Assembly: GCA_963719315.1 (NCBI GenBank)
Contig: CAVRBU010000003.1
Span: 32,001 to 96,000 of the forward strand
DNA from: an uncultured Planctomycetota bacterium
GTDB taxonomy: Bacteria > Planctomycetota > Planctomycetia > Pirellulales > Lacipirellulaceae
Direction: 5' to 3'
DNA: 64,000 bases
The notes under the pieces were generated by a model. That model saw only the letters and a program-made list of their open reading frames with translations. It made no database searches and was not told the origin of the DNA. The position numbers and the translations under genes were made by a program. This document shows positions 33,455 to 42,824 of this stretch, piece by piece (the first letter of the stretch is position 1; each line of letters opens with the position of its first letter).

Positions 33455-34638
33455 GTGATACTTTTTATGCATACTAAGTATTGCAAATTGAAAAATGTAA
33501 ATTGCAAATTGCAAATTGGGGGATTTCTGCATTTTGCAATTTGCATTTTGCAATTTGCATTTTGCAATTCCCGAATACCGTCAAAGGTCCGTGCCGCTGC
33601 GCTAGGATTTGCTTGCCTCCTTGCCGGGGCGGGCATCGCGCGAGCCAGCGAGGGCGCGGCTTCCTTAGTCGATGTCGCCCGGAATGTTCAGCCGAAGGTC
33701 GTAAAACTTTACGGCGCCGGCGGACTTCGCGGTTTGGAAGCATACCAAAGCGGCATACTGATTTCGGGCAAGGGCCACGTGCTAACCGTGTGGAGTTACG
33801 TACTGGATGCCGATGAAGTGACGGTCGTGCTCAATGATGGTCGCCACTTTTCGGCCAAGTACGTGGCTTCCGACCCAATCACGGAAATCGCGCTGCTGAA
33901 GTTCGATCCGGGCGGCGAGGAAGTGCCGCACTTCGATCTGGCGACGGCCGTAAAGGCGGAACCCGGCGCGCGTGTGCTCGCGTTCAGCAATTTGTTCGGG
34001 ATCGCCGTAGGCAATGAGCCGGTGAGTATGCTGCACGGCGTGATATCGTCCGTTGCGCCGCTGGAGGCCCGTCGTGGCGCGTTTGGCACGAATTACCACG
34101 GGGATGTGTACGTGGTCGACGCGGCTGCCAACAATCCAGGCGCCGCCGGCGGCGCCCTGACCGACGCGCAAGGGCGGCTTCTCGGGATGCTGGGCAAGGA
34201 GCTGCGGAGTAAACTGAGTGGCACGTGGTTGAACTACGCCCTACCCGTTTCAGCGTTTGCGCCACGGTGGACGACATGTTGGCCGGCCGCTTCACACCGG
34301 CCGCGCTGAGTGAAGTGGACAAGCCGGCCAATCCGCTGTCGCTGCCGGCGCTTGGCATCGTGCTGGTGCCCGACGTGGTTTCGCGTACACCGCCGTACGT
34401 CGATCGCGTCCTACCCAACTCGCCCGCGGCGGCGGCCGGGCTTCACCCCGATGATCTTGTGATCATGATCGATACGCAGGTCACGAGTTCGTGTCGCGAG
34501 GCGGCGCACCTGGTCGCACGACTTGAACGCGACGCCAGCGTGCGAATGGCCGTGCTCCGCGGCGAGCAGTTTCTCGAATTCACGCTTAGCGCCAAGCCGA
34601 ACGAGGCCGCTATCGAGACGGAGAAGAAGCAACCGTGA
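33455..34638 (+). CDS. HtrA-like protein with degenerate triad + PDZ (frameshift near 34260)
   Basis: QSGILIS, LTVWSYV, EIALL, DAAANNPGAAGGAL; PDZ part in ORF 34225-34638; start GTG33455 or ATG33467. Confidence 0.82.
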
Positions 34639-36656
34639 CGATCGCCCGCCGTATGAACCTCAGGCTTAAATTGACGCGTCTCCTCAATTTGCAATTTGCA
34701 GTTTTGATTTTGCAATTTGCAATTGCCGGTACCGCAGTTGCTGAAGACAGCACTTCACTCGTTACGCGCGAAGAAGCGGCCCTCAAGGCGGCCGCCGACC
34801 GAGTCGCGCCCTCGGTCGTCCAGATCCGCACGATCGGCGGCCTCGATGTCGTCGATGGGACGGTGCTGGCCGACGGCCCCACGACCGGTCTCGTGATTTC
34901 CGCCGACGGCTACATTCTCTCGAGTGCGTTTAATTTTGCGCAGCAACCCGCGTCGATCCTTGTGACGTTCGCTTCCGGCAAACAGGTTCCGGCAGAGTTG
35001 GTCGCCACCGACCACAGCCGCATGTTGGTATTGCTCAAAGCGGCTGGAGTTTCCGGACTCGCAGTTCCCGAGATGACGCAGCCCGCTGAAGTGCAACCCG
35101 GTCAATGGGCCATTGCCGTCGGCCGGACGTTTCGAGCCGATCGCACGAACGTGACGGTGGGCATCGTGAGCGCGATCGGCCGCATGTTCGGCAAAGTGAT
35201 CCAAACCGATGCCGATGTTTCGACCGTGAATTACGGCGGCCCACTCGTCGATATTCGCGGCCGCGTGCTGGGCCTGATCGTGCCGATGGCGCCGCAAGCC
35301 ACGAGCGAAGTGGCGGGCATCGAATGGTACGACTCTGGAATCGGTTTTGCGGTTCCGCTAGCGACGCTCACGGAACGCATCGAGCGGATGAAAAAAGGCG
35401 ATGATCAAAGGGCCGGGCTGTTGGGCGTCGGCCTACAGCCGGCGAATGCGCACACTGCGCTTGCCGAGCTAGCAGTCGTTCGGCCCGATTCGCCGGCTGG
35501 TCGAGCGGGTCTTAAGAAGGGCGATCGCATCGTCGAAGTCAACGGCAAGCCGGTGCGTACGCAGTCGGATTTGCGATTCGCACTCGGTACGGCTTACGGC
35601 GGCGACTCCGTGCAAGTCGTGGCCATGCGCGGCGAAGAACGTTTGGAGCGAACGATCAAGCTGGTCGGCGAGATGCCGGCGTTTCGTCATGCGTTTCTCG
35701 GCATTTTGCCGATGAGGTCGGCCGGCGACGAAAGCAAGCCGGCCGAGACAGGCGTCGTGGTGCGGATGGTTTATCCGGGCAGCCCGGCCGCGAATGCAGG
35801 CGTTCAAATTGGCGACCGCTTGGTTAAGATCGATGAAACAAAGATTGAGTCGATCGGCGATGCCATCGGCGCGCTGAATAACGTGGCCCCGGACAGCAAG
35901 GTCTCGGTGCATCTAAAACGCCAGAATGCCGAGATGGATCTCACGCTCACCGCTGCCCGCTTGCCCAGCAGCGTGCCGAGCGAATTGCCGCCGGCAACCG
36001 AGCCCGTGGCCGATTCGAATGCGACCGTCGCCGCGGGCGAGACGACCGAACTCAAACTTCCCGAGTTCCCACACACGTGCCAGGTTTATGTTCCGGGTTC
36101 ACACGTTGTGGGCCAGCCGCTTGGGGTAATACTGTGGCTGCAAGCACCCGGCGATGCCAAGCCCGATGAGGTAGTCCGCGAGTGGCAAGCTAATTGTGAT
36201 CGCGACGGGCTTGTGCTGGTTGTACCGACGCCCAACAAGGCAGACCATTGGGAGCGGACCGACCTCGAATATCTGCATAAGTTGCTGGAACGCGTCGTCG
36301 CGCTATACAAAATCGATGCCCATCGCGTGGTTATTGGCGGTCAGGCAAGCACGGGAGCAATTGCCTGGCCGTTAGCACTCGCTAGTCGCGATACGGTCCG
36401 TGGCATCGCCGCGGTGGCCGCACCGCTTCCCCGCCAAATTCGGGTTCCGCAAAACGAGCCCGCGGAGCGGCTGGCGGTGTTCGCCGCGATCCCGCCGAAA
36501 AAAGAAACGGCGGCGCCAATCATGCTGGGATTAAAGAAGGTCTCGGATGCCGGCTACGACGTGGCAACGATTACAACCGTGGCCGCGACCGGCAAGCTTT
36601 CCGACACCGAGCGCGATGAACTCGCGCGATGGATCGATACGTTGGACCGGTTCTAG
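34635..36656 (+). CDS. HtrA-like protein with degenerate triad, two PDZ domains and a degenerate alpha/beta-hydrolase domain
   Basis: TTGLVIS.DGYILSSAFNF, IQTDADVSTVNYGGPL, two SPA..AG...GD PDZ motifs, ID..RVVIGG. Confidence 0.85.
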   Translation: MTIARRMNLRLKLTRLLNLQFAVLILQFAIAGTAVAEDSTSLVTREEAALKAAADRVAPSVVQIRTIGGLDVVDGTVLADGPTTGLVISADGYILSSAFNFAQQPASILVTFASGKQVPAELVATDHSRMLVLLKAAGVSGLAVPEMTQPAEVQPGQWAIAVGRTFRADRTNVTVGIVSAIGRMFGKVIQTDADVSTVNYGGPLVDIRGRVLGLIVPMAPQATSEVAGIEWYDSGIGFAVPLATLTERIERMKKGDDQRAGLLGVGLQPANAHTALAELAVVRPDSPAGRAGLKKGDRIVEVNGKPVRTQSDLRFALGTAYGGDSVQVVAMRGEERLERTIKLVGEMPAFRHAFLGILPMRSAGDESKPAETGVVVRMVYPGSPAANAGVQIGDRLVKIDETKIESIGDAIGALNNVAPDSKVSVHLKRQNAEMDLTLTAARLPSSVPSELPPATEPVADSNATVAAGETTELKLPEFPHTCQVYVPGSHVVGQPLGVILWLQAPGDAKPDEVVREWQANCDRDGLVLVVPTPNKADHWERTDLEYLHKLLERVVALYKIDAHRVVIGGQASTGAIAWPLALASRDTVRGIAAVAAPLPRQIRVPQNEPAERLAVFAAIPPKKETAAPIMLGLKKVSDAGYDVATITTVAATGKLSDTERDELARWIDTLDRF

Positions 36657-36701
36657 GCTAAGCATCCGAGTCAATTTGCTTCAAACGGCATGTGAGACCG
36701 C

Positions 36702-37417
36702 TTATCGCGTGCGTCGCCGGCCATGCGTCATTGCCAACGCCGCACCAAGTCCCAGCAACAGGAAGGAAGCCGGCTCGGGAATTGGATTAGCTGCAATGCT
36801 GACGCTCGCATCCGCCAAAAATTGATTTAGCTGCGGAACACCACTAACAGAAAAGCCGTTCCCGCCATTGACGTTGGTCATATTCATCGAGAGCGACACC
36901 GAGCCCGGTGCGATATAGGACATCAGCGACCCGCCCGTCACGGTGCCAAGCGTGGTCGTAAAAAGCGCGCCAGTTCCTGGAGGGCCAAGGACGCCCGTCA
37001 GCGCACTATTGGTCGTCGGACCCTTCAGCAACAAGTTATCCGATGGGTCATAGAGGCTGAACATGCCGCCGGTGTAATTCTGAATCACCAAACTCCCAAA
37101 CACAGTGGGTGCCCCCGTTGCCATGAGACCGTTCAAGCTGAATGATGCGGTGCTTGAATTGATGTCCGGAATGAAATTTAGAAAGCCCGTATATTCGATA
37201 GCCGTCAACTGGTCACCTGATGGCGGCGGGCCGCCCGTTTGGTCGATCGTTGAAAGAATTCCGGCCGGTTGCCCGGCAACCGGTCCCATCCCGACATCGG
37301 GACCAACGCCGCCAAGATTGAGCTTAATGATCGTGCCAGCATGCGAGACAGAAGTCGTGGCGCAGATGAGCGCACGAGCGCGAGTGCTCTAATAACTGCT
37401 CTCGATGTAAACATCAT
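36702..37417 (-). CDS. PEP-CTERM sorting domain protein (frameshift near 37375)
   Basis: C-terminus IPEPASFLLLGLGAALAMTHGRRRTR; signal peptide split between frames; G/S/T-rich. Confidence 0.85.
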
Positions 37418-37523
37418 TGGATCTAACTCCCAAACAAAAAAGAACTCGCGGCAACTACCCCTGAATGGCCCGGCCCTGGCCTAACAATTCTTGCAAATTC
37501 TTTCTGCAACTCTACCTAGCTGG

Positions 37524-37551
37524 ATTGTACTTGCGGCAGCATGTAGGTCAA
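37524..37551 (-). promoter_or_regulatory. Putative sigma70 promoter of the PEP-CTERM gene
   Basis: Minus strand TTGACC-16 nt-TACAAT. Confidence 0.45.
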
Positions 37552-37672
37552 GCAAAAAACGGCCAATTTGCCGCAGTTACCGCAGATCCTCGGTTCGATC
37601 GAGGTCATACTGGCCGCCAGACCAGCAAAATCTTATGGGAATCCGGGGCTATCACGTGATTTCCCTGGTTTC

Positions 37673-38684
37673 CTAACTTTCCCAATTTTCCTCGGCTAGT
37701 GACGCCACTGCGAAGGCTGGGGCGCAACTGCTGATCTCCGGCCCCAAGCGTTCTGCTAAGGAAATCGTTTGGCAGCCTGTTTGTGCAGTCGACGCAGCCA
37801 CCCGTGCGAGAAACTCGCCGGAGCCGGACAAGACTACCAAGCCTGGCCGACGCTGCAGGTCCTTAGAAACGACGGAAATCGCGTCTGCCAGTTGATGGAG
37901 TTGAGCGTCGCGAACCGAGCCGGCGATGCGTGCAAAATCATGGGCCTCAAAATCCGCAGCGTCGGCGGCAAGCTGCCGCGCGAGACGCTGGCGGGCGCAT
38001 TGAGTCGTCAGCGAACGCCCGTCGGCCGTCCAACTGGCGTGCGGATCCTCGGCAATCTCGCCCAGAATCAAATAGGCGTCGGCCGTTGTGGAAAAGACTT
38101 CAGCCGCAACCGGGCACGACACGCCGCGCCAGGGCAAGACATTTGTCACGGCGCAGACAGGCGTTCGACCGACTCCGCTGTAAACGAGTTCGCGAGTGGC
38201 TAGTCTTTCCGTATCATTTGTTCCGCGCGGCGACACGACCGTCAACGAGCGGTATGACGTCGGTCGTCGTGGAACCGACGTCGATCAACAGGCCGGCGTC
38301 GTTCGACATGAATCGGCACGCGAATTGCGCCAACGCGCGCCAATTGCTGGCGGCCGCTAGGTGTGGTGATTCGCGCGCTGCGGAGATGGTGACGAAACGA
38401 CCGTCCGTTAGATAGACTTCGACGCCTTTACCAACTGCAATCTGCTCTACGGCTGCCAGGATGTGACGGACTCCCTCGGCCTTTGTGCGAAAGCAATCGC
38501 AGAGCTCGCCCGTCATGGTGACGGCGAGGCGGTTGAACGAGGGCGCGCGCTGAACGAGTGCGGCGAGCGCGGCTTCCAAACCATGCGGGTCGCGCCACAG
38601 AGCAAAAGGCAGCGAGCACGCCCAACCGGCGGCGTTGGCCGCCTTCAAGTTAGCACCGCCGATATCGAGTCCGAGCCAGGTCAT
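37673..38684 (-). CDS. mfnF: Hydantoinase/oxoprolinase-family H4MPT-linked C1 pathway protein (Orf9/MfnF-like); frameshift near 38225
   Basis: LGLDIGGANLK, AVTMTGELCDCF..K.EGV, AAASNW, IDVGSTTTD, ELVYSGVGRTP. Confidence 0.8.
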
Positions 38685-39697
38685 CGCATGAAGCTCACGA
38701 CGCCACTATTGTCGAATTCAATTTGCCGATCGGAAAAATCAACTTCTGGACATTCCCCTTGAGCAACGCGCCACATCGCCTCCGCCAAATTACACGTTGC
38801 GGCCGCCCGCAGGCCCACATACGAGGTCGTCAAGCGTGGATTGATTTCGATAACGACGTCCTCGCATCCGTCCGGCGCGGGTCCGAGCACGAGATCGATT
38901 CCCACGTAACCGGCGGCCGCCGGCATCGCGGCCAACGCCCGATCGGCCAGCGAGCGGGCGCGTTCGGCGAGTCCTGTGGCCAGCGGCAATTGGCCGCCGA
39001 GATAGCGCAGCCTTCCGTCGTCCGAAATGCGTTGTTTGCAAGGCAATAATGCGACGCTACCGGATGGTCCACACAGGACCGCGACACTTGCCGGCAGACC
39101 GGGCGCGAATTGCTCAAGTCGGCGCCGCCAGGCGTAGGCCGGTGGCGCTTCGTGCGACCCGCGGACGAAGAACATATCTTGGGACCCTGCCCCGTCGACT
39201 GGTTTCACGATGGCTGGGTAGGGGAATCTCGCCGGCAGTGGTTCGTCGGATTCGAGTAGCCGCCCTACCGGCACGGGCACGCCGGCCGCGTGTAGTACGT
39301 CGCTCGTTCGCTGCTTGTCGGCGGCGATGCGAATGAACTCGGGCGACGGCGAAAGCAAGTGGCCCCCCGCGGCGATCACGCGACGCGACGCTTTCCACAG
39401 GATGCCGTCGAACTCGGGCGCAATGAGAATCGTGCCATCGGCATCGGCCGTCAGCCGTTCGAGCTCTTCGTTGTGCGACGACCGGCTCAGGACGTCCACG
39501 ATTTCACAATTGCCCAAGGTCAATTGCACGATGCGCGGATCGCGAAGGGCGGCGACGCGACAACCCTCGATTCGCAAGAGATCGGCCGCCAGCGCGCCGA
39601 TCATCGCTGCGCCTTCTCGTACGAGCGACGCCGGTAGTGGCCCCGGCTCCTCGACCAATCCGCCGCCCGTGGCCCATTCGTAGAGGAAGATGCGCAT
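38681..39697 (-). CDS. mfnD: ATP-grasp protein (MfnD tyramine-glutamate ligase-like)
   Basis: MRIFLYE..TGGG, EG.AM..AL, LIAPEFDG, KPVDGAGS, GYVGID, IEINPRLTTSYVGLR; adjacent to mfnF-like gene. Confidence 0.78.
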   Translation of the reverse strand: MRIFLYEWATGGGLVEEPGPLPASLVREGAAMIGALAADLLRIEGCRVAALRDPRIVQLTLGNCEIVDVLSRSSHNEELERLTADADGTILIAPEFDGILWKASRRVIAAGGHLLSPSPEFIRIAADKQRTSDVLHAAGVPVPVGRLLESDEPLPARFPYPAIVKPVDGAGSQDMFFVRGSHEAPPAYAWRRRLEQFAPGLPASVAVLCGPSGSVALLPCKQRISDDGRLRYLGGQLPLATGLAERARSLADRALAAMPAAAGYVGIDLVLGPAPDGCEDVVIEINPRLTTSYVGLRAAATCNLAEAMWRVAQGECPEVDFSDRQIEFDNSGVVSFMR

Positions 39698-39700
39698 GAA

Positions 39701-39793
39701 AGTCGAGAGCTAAGAGTCAAGAGTCGAGAGCAAGACCGGCAACGATGGAAGCCCACTCTGGCTCTTGACTCTTCGCTCTTGACTCACGACTCA
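39701..39793. repeat. Inverted heptamer arrays (GTCRAGA / TCTTGAC)
   Basis: gtcgaga gctaaga gtcaaga gtcgaga ... ctctggctcttgactcttcgctcttgactc. Confidence 0.85.
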
Positions 39794-40108
39794 AAAGATT
39801 CCGAGTTGGTCGCGCGCGTCTTCCGTCATGCGGTCGGGTGTCCAAGGTGGCTCCATCACGAGCTTCACGTCGACTTCGCAGACACCATCCAGGCGTCGCA
39901 CCGCGTCGTGCGATTGGCTCAACAACTGCGGTCCGGCCGGACAGGCCGGGCTGGTCATCGTCATTTCCACGACGACGTTCGATTTCCCCTCCGGCTTTTC
40001 GTCGATCTTGATCTCGTAGATCAAGCCGAGATCAACGATGTTAACGAACAGTTCTGGATCGACGACGCCCTTGAGCGCTTCGCGAATTTTGTCTTCGGCA
40101 ACTGGCAT
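39791..40108 (-). CDS. DUF59 / SufT-like Fe-S maturation protein
   Basis: LKGVVDPEL.VNIVDLGLIY, MTMTSPACP, EPPWTPDRM. Confidence 0.93.
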   Translation of the reverse strand: MPVAEDKIREALKGVVDPELFVNIVDLGLIYEIKIDEKPEGKSNVVVEMTMTSPACPAGPQLLSQSHDAVRRLDGVCEVDVKLVMEPPWTPDRMTEDARDQLGIF

Positions 40109-40312
40109 AGTTCAGTCCTCGGAAGAAATTAGCCACGGATACACGGAGGTCATGGAAACAACGGTTATTCGGTGGCAAACAGACATGGGATGCCGGACGA
40201 GTGTTGCAACTTATCCGCGCCGCTTCGTTATTCCTCTGTCATTCTTTATTTTTTAAGTTCCGTGTCCCCCGTGCCTCCGTGGTTCATAATACGCGGTTCG
40301 TTGCCGGGGCGG

Positions 40313-40636
40313 CTAGCCATCGGTCAGACGCACGAAGATTTGAGTACCTTCGATTTTGACCTCGTGCGATCTGGTCGGTTTGGTAGCCGGCATCGTGAGG
40401 GCGGCACCGGTGCGGATGTCGAACTTGGCGCCATGCCGGGGGCAAGCGATGGTTTTCTCTTCGGCGTTGAGCGGGCCTTCGCTGAGCGGGCCGCCGTCGT
40501 GGGTGCAAATGTCGTCGAGCGCGTAGTAATGACCGGCCGCGTGGATCAACACCACGAGACGCTCGCCGACTTCGACCAGTAGCGACCCGGGGTCGGGTAC
40601 TTCCGACGTTTTTGCCACGGCTACAAAATCGGACAT
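40313..40636 (-). CDS. Rieske [2Fe-2S] ferredoxin
   Basis: CTH...CPRHGAKFD.RTG. Confidence 0.93.
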   Translation of the reverse strand: MSDFVAVAKTSEVPDPGSLLVEVGERLVVLIHAAGHYYALDDICTHDGGPLSEGPLNAEEKTIACPRHGAKFDIRTGAALTMPATKPTRSHEVKIEGTQIFVRLTDG

Positions 40637-40647
40637 GATGTCGACGC

Positions 40648-40860
40648 CTAATCCGCCAGCCAGGTGCCGCCGAGTAGAAGGACGACTCCCACTACGATGA
40701 ACGGCACCGCGAATTTGACCGCCCTGCCGCTCTGACTGCGTTCATCCGTCCGCCGAGAGACGACGACCCGTAGACCCCCGGCGGCACACCAAAGGCCAAA
40801 CAGCATCGCCAATCCGCCTAACACTTGAAACGCACGGCCCAGAATTCTAATCGCCATCAT
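40648..40860 (-). CDS. Small two-TM hypothetical protein
   Basis: ATGA overlap with the sufD stop; two hydrophobic helices. Confidence 0.6.
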   Translation of the reverse strand: MMAIRILGRAFQVLGGLAMLFGLWCAAGGLRVVVSRRTDERSQSGRAVKFAVPFIVVGVVLLLGGTWLAD

Positions 40861-42197
40861 GTGGGCACCAATTCCTTGATATCATTCACCCGTCGGCCGA
40901 TCGCTTCGCCCAAAGCGTCGCGAACACTTTCAATCGTGATGCGATCGAACACTTGCTGGAAGAATCCGGTAACGATCATACGCACTGCTTCGCGGCGCGT
41001 GTAACCGCGGGTCATTGCGTAGAACAGTTGCTGGTCGTCCACGCGGCCGCTGGTGCTCCCGTGTGTGCAGCGAACGTCGTCTGCCTCGATCTCCAGCCCC
41101 GGGATGGAATCGGCTCGGGCATCGCGCGACAGCATCAGATTGTCGTTTCGCTGGTAGGCGTTCGTCCGTTGAGCTTCACGATCGACGCGAATCATGCCCC
41201 GCCACACCGTGCGCGAGCGATCCTGCAGCGCGGTTTTATAGAGCAGGTCGCTCTTGCAGTAGGGAGCTTGATGATGCTGATATGTGTTGTACGACAGATG
41301 TTGCCGGCCTTCGGTAAACATCACGCCGTTGACTTGAACCTCAGCGTCTGGGCCCGTCATGGCGACGTGCTGGTTCACTTTCGCCAGCCGAGCACCGAGC
41401 GCACCGATCGTCCACTGCAGCCGGGCCTCGCGGCCAACGTCAGCTTTCTGGTGGGCGAAGTGCCACACCTCGTGGCCCCAGTTCTGCAGATTCACATACC
41501 GCAGGCGGGCGCCTTGCTCCACAATGAGCTCGATCGAACCGCAGTGAAAGCCGCCGCCTTCGGCGGCGCTGCTGGCCGTTTCGGAAAGCATGGTGGCATC
41601 GGCGCCCGGCTCGAGAATCACGAGCGTCTTGCCGAGATCGACGCCACCATTGGAAATGGCCGACAGCGAATGCAGCGGTTGTTCAAGCCGCACGTTTTTC
41701 GGCACGTACAGCAACGTTCCGCCCGACCAACATGCCGCGTTGAGCGCGGAGAATTTGTCTGCGTATGGATCGACGACGCGGCGCTCAAGGAACGGACGTA
41801 AAAGATCACTATGTTCGCTCACGAGCCGGCTGAGTCCGCCAAACAGCACGCCCTGCCTAGCCCATTCCGGCGCCAGTTCGGCCGAGATCGCGTGGCTATT
41901 CATCGCGACCGCGCGTCCGCCCAAATCCACACCGGCGGCGAGCAGCGAATGCGGAACGCCGGTTTGCAACGCGGAGTCGTGGCCGGCCGGGTGGGGCAAT
42001 TCGTAGCGATCGAGCTTGAACAGCCGAATGTCTGTCCGCATCCACTCTTCGTCGCGGACTGACGGCATCGGCACGACTTCAAAGCGATCCCACGCCTTGC
42101 GGCGCAGATCGCTAAGCCAGGCTGGCTCGTCGCGCGCGGCGAGAAAAGCGTCGAATGACGCCTGCGAGAAACCCGTTGCTGCAACCGCGGTAGCCAT
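40857..42197 (-). CDS. sufD: Fe-S assembly protein SufD
   Basis: EEW..TD, ADSIPGLEIEADDVRCTHGSTSG...LFY..RG. Confidence 0.95.
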   Translation of the reverse strand: MATAVAATGFSQASFDAFLAARDEPAWLSDLRRKAWDRFEVVPMPSVRDEEWMRTDIRLFKLDRYELPHPAGHDSALQTGVPHSLLAAGVDLGGRAVAMNSHAISAELAPEWARQGVLFGGLSRLVSEHSDLLRPFLERRVVDPYADKFSALNAACWSGGTLLYVPKNVRLEQPLHSLSAISNGGVDLGKTLVILEPGADATMLSETASSAAEGGGFHCGSIELIVEQGARLRYVNLQNWGHEVWHFAHQKADVGREARLQWTIGALGARLAKVNQHVAMTGPDAEVQVNGVMFTEGRQHLSYNTYQHHQAPYCKSDLLYKTALQDRSRTVWRGMIRVDREAQRTNAYQRNDNLMLSRDARADSIPGLEIEADDVRCTHGSTSGRVDDQQLFYAMTRGYTRREAVRMIVTGFFQQVFDRITIESVRDALGEAIGRRVNDIKELVPT

Positions 42198-42215
42198 GAA
42201 CTCCTGACTAATCTC

Positions 42216-42770
42216 TTAATCGAACAATTCGTTGACGGCAAACTTCCAGACCGGCACGGCTGGCTCGGCTTCGGCGGTTTCGCCGCGACGATAAATGGTG
42301 GGTTGCTCAGGCGAATCGGCGCGATAGACCCGCATGACGTCTTCGCTAAGTAAATCGACATCCCAAACTACTTTTGTACCGGCGGCAAAGTAATCCGCGC
42401 GCTTCTCCGCCATCTCTCGTTCGGCGGCCGGGCCGTAGTCGCCTTCGCTGCGAACTTCGACGGCGAAGTCAGGAGCCACAGGCAAAAACTTCATCTTCTC
42501 CCGCGGGCCAGTGTAGTACGACGCATCGGGTGAAAAAGATTTTCGATTCGGAAGATTTACCAAGAAAGCTGTATTGGCTGTATACGCTCTTCCCGCGTGT
42601 TTCTTCACGTACGTTCGCAAGCTCGCGCAGATTGCGCCGCCAGCGCTACTTGGCAAATCCCCCGTCGGACTCATCGTGACGATTCGCCCCCCGACGGTTT
42701 CCGCTTTGCCCGGAATCGTGTACAACTCAGCGATCAATCGCTCGGTCGATGTATCAACTGCGGTGCTCAT
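42216..42770 (-). CDS. Uma2 family (DUF820) endonuclease-like protein
   Basis: E..GG.I..MSP, FSPDAS, APDFAVEVRS, K..DYFAAG..VVW.VD. Confidence 0.9.
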   Translation of the reverse strand: MSTAVDTSTERLIAELYTIPGKAETVGGRIVTMSPTGDLPSSAGGAICASLRTYVKKHAGRAYTANTAFLVNLPNRKSFSPDASYYTGPREKMKFLPVAPDFAVEVRSEGDYGPAAEREMAEKRADYFAAGTKVVWDVDLLSEDVMRVYRADSPEQPTIYRRGETAEAEPAVPVWKFAVNELFD

Positions 42771-42796
42771 TTGAGCCGGCCTTTCCTGCGCCACAG

Positions 42797-42822
42797 AGCG
42801 GCATGCGGAGCATGCCCGCTAC
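42797..42822 (-). repeat. GTAG-type REP hairpin 2 nt after the sufB stop
   Basis: GTAGCGGGCATGCTCCGCATGCCGCT; a related GTAG-preceded hairpin (45302-45327) overlaps the nuoB stop. Confidence 0.55.
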
Positions 42823-42824
42823 GA

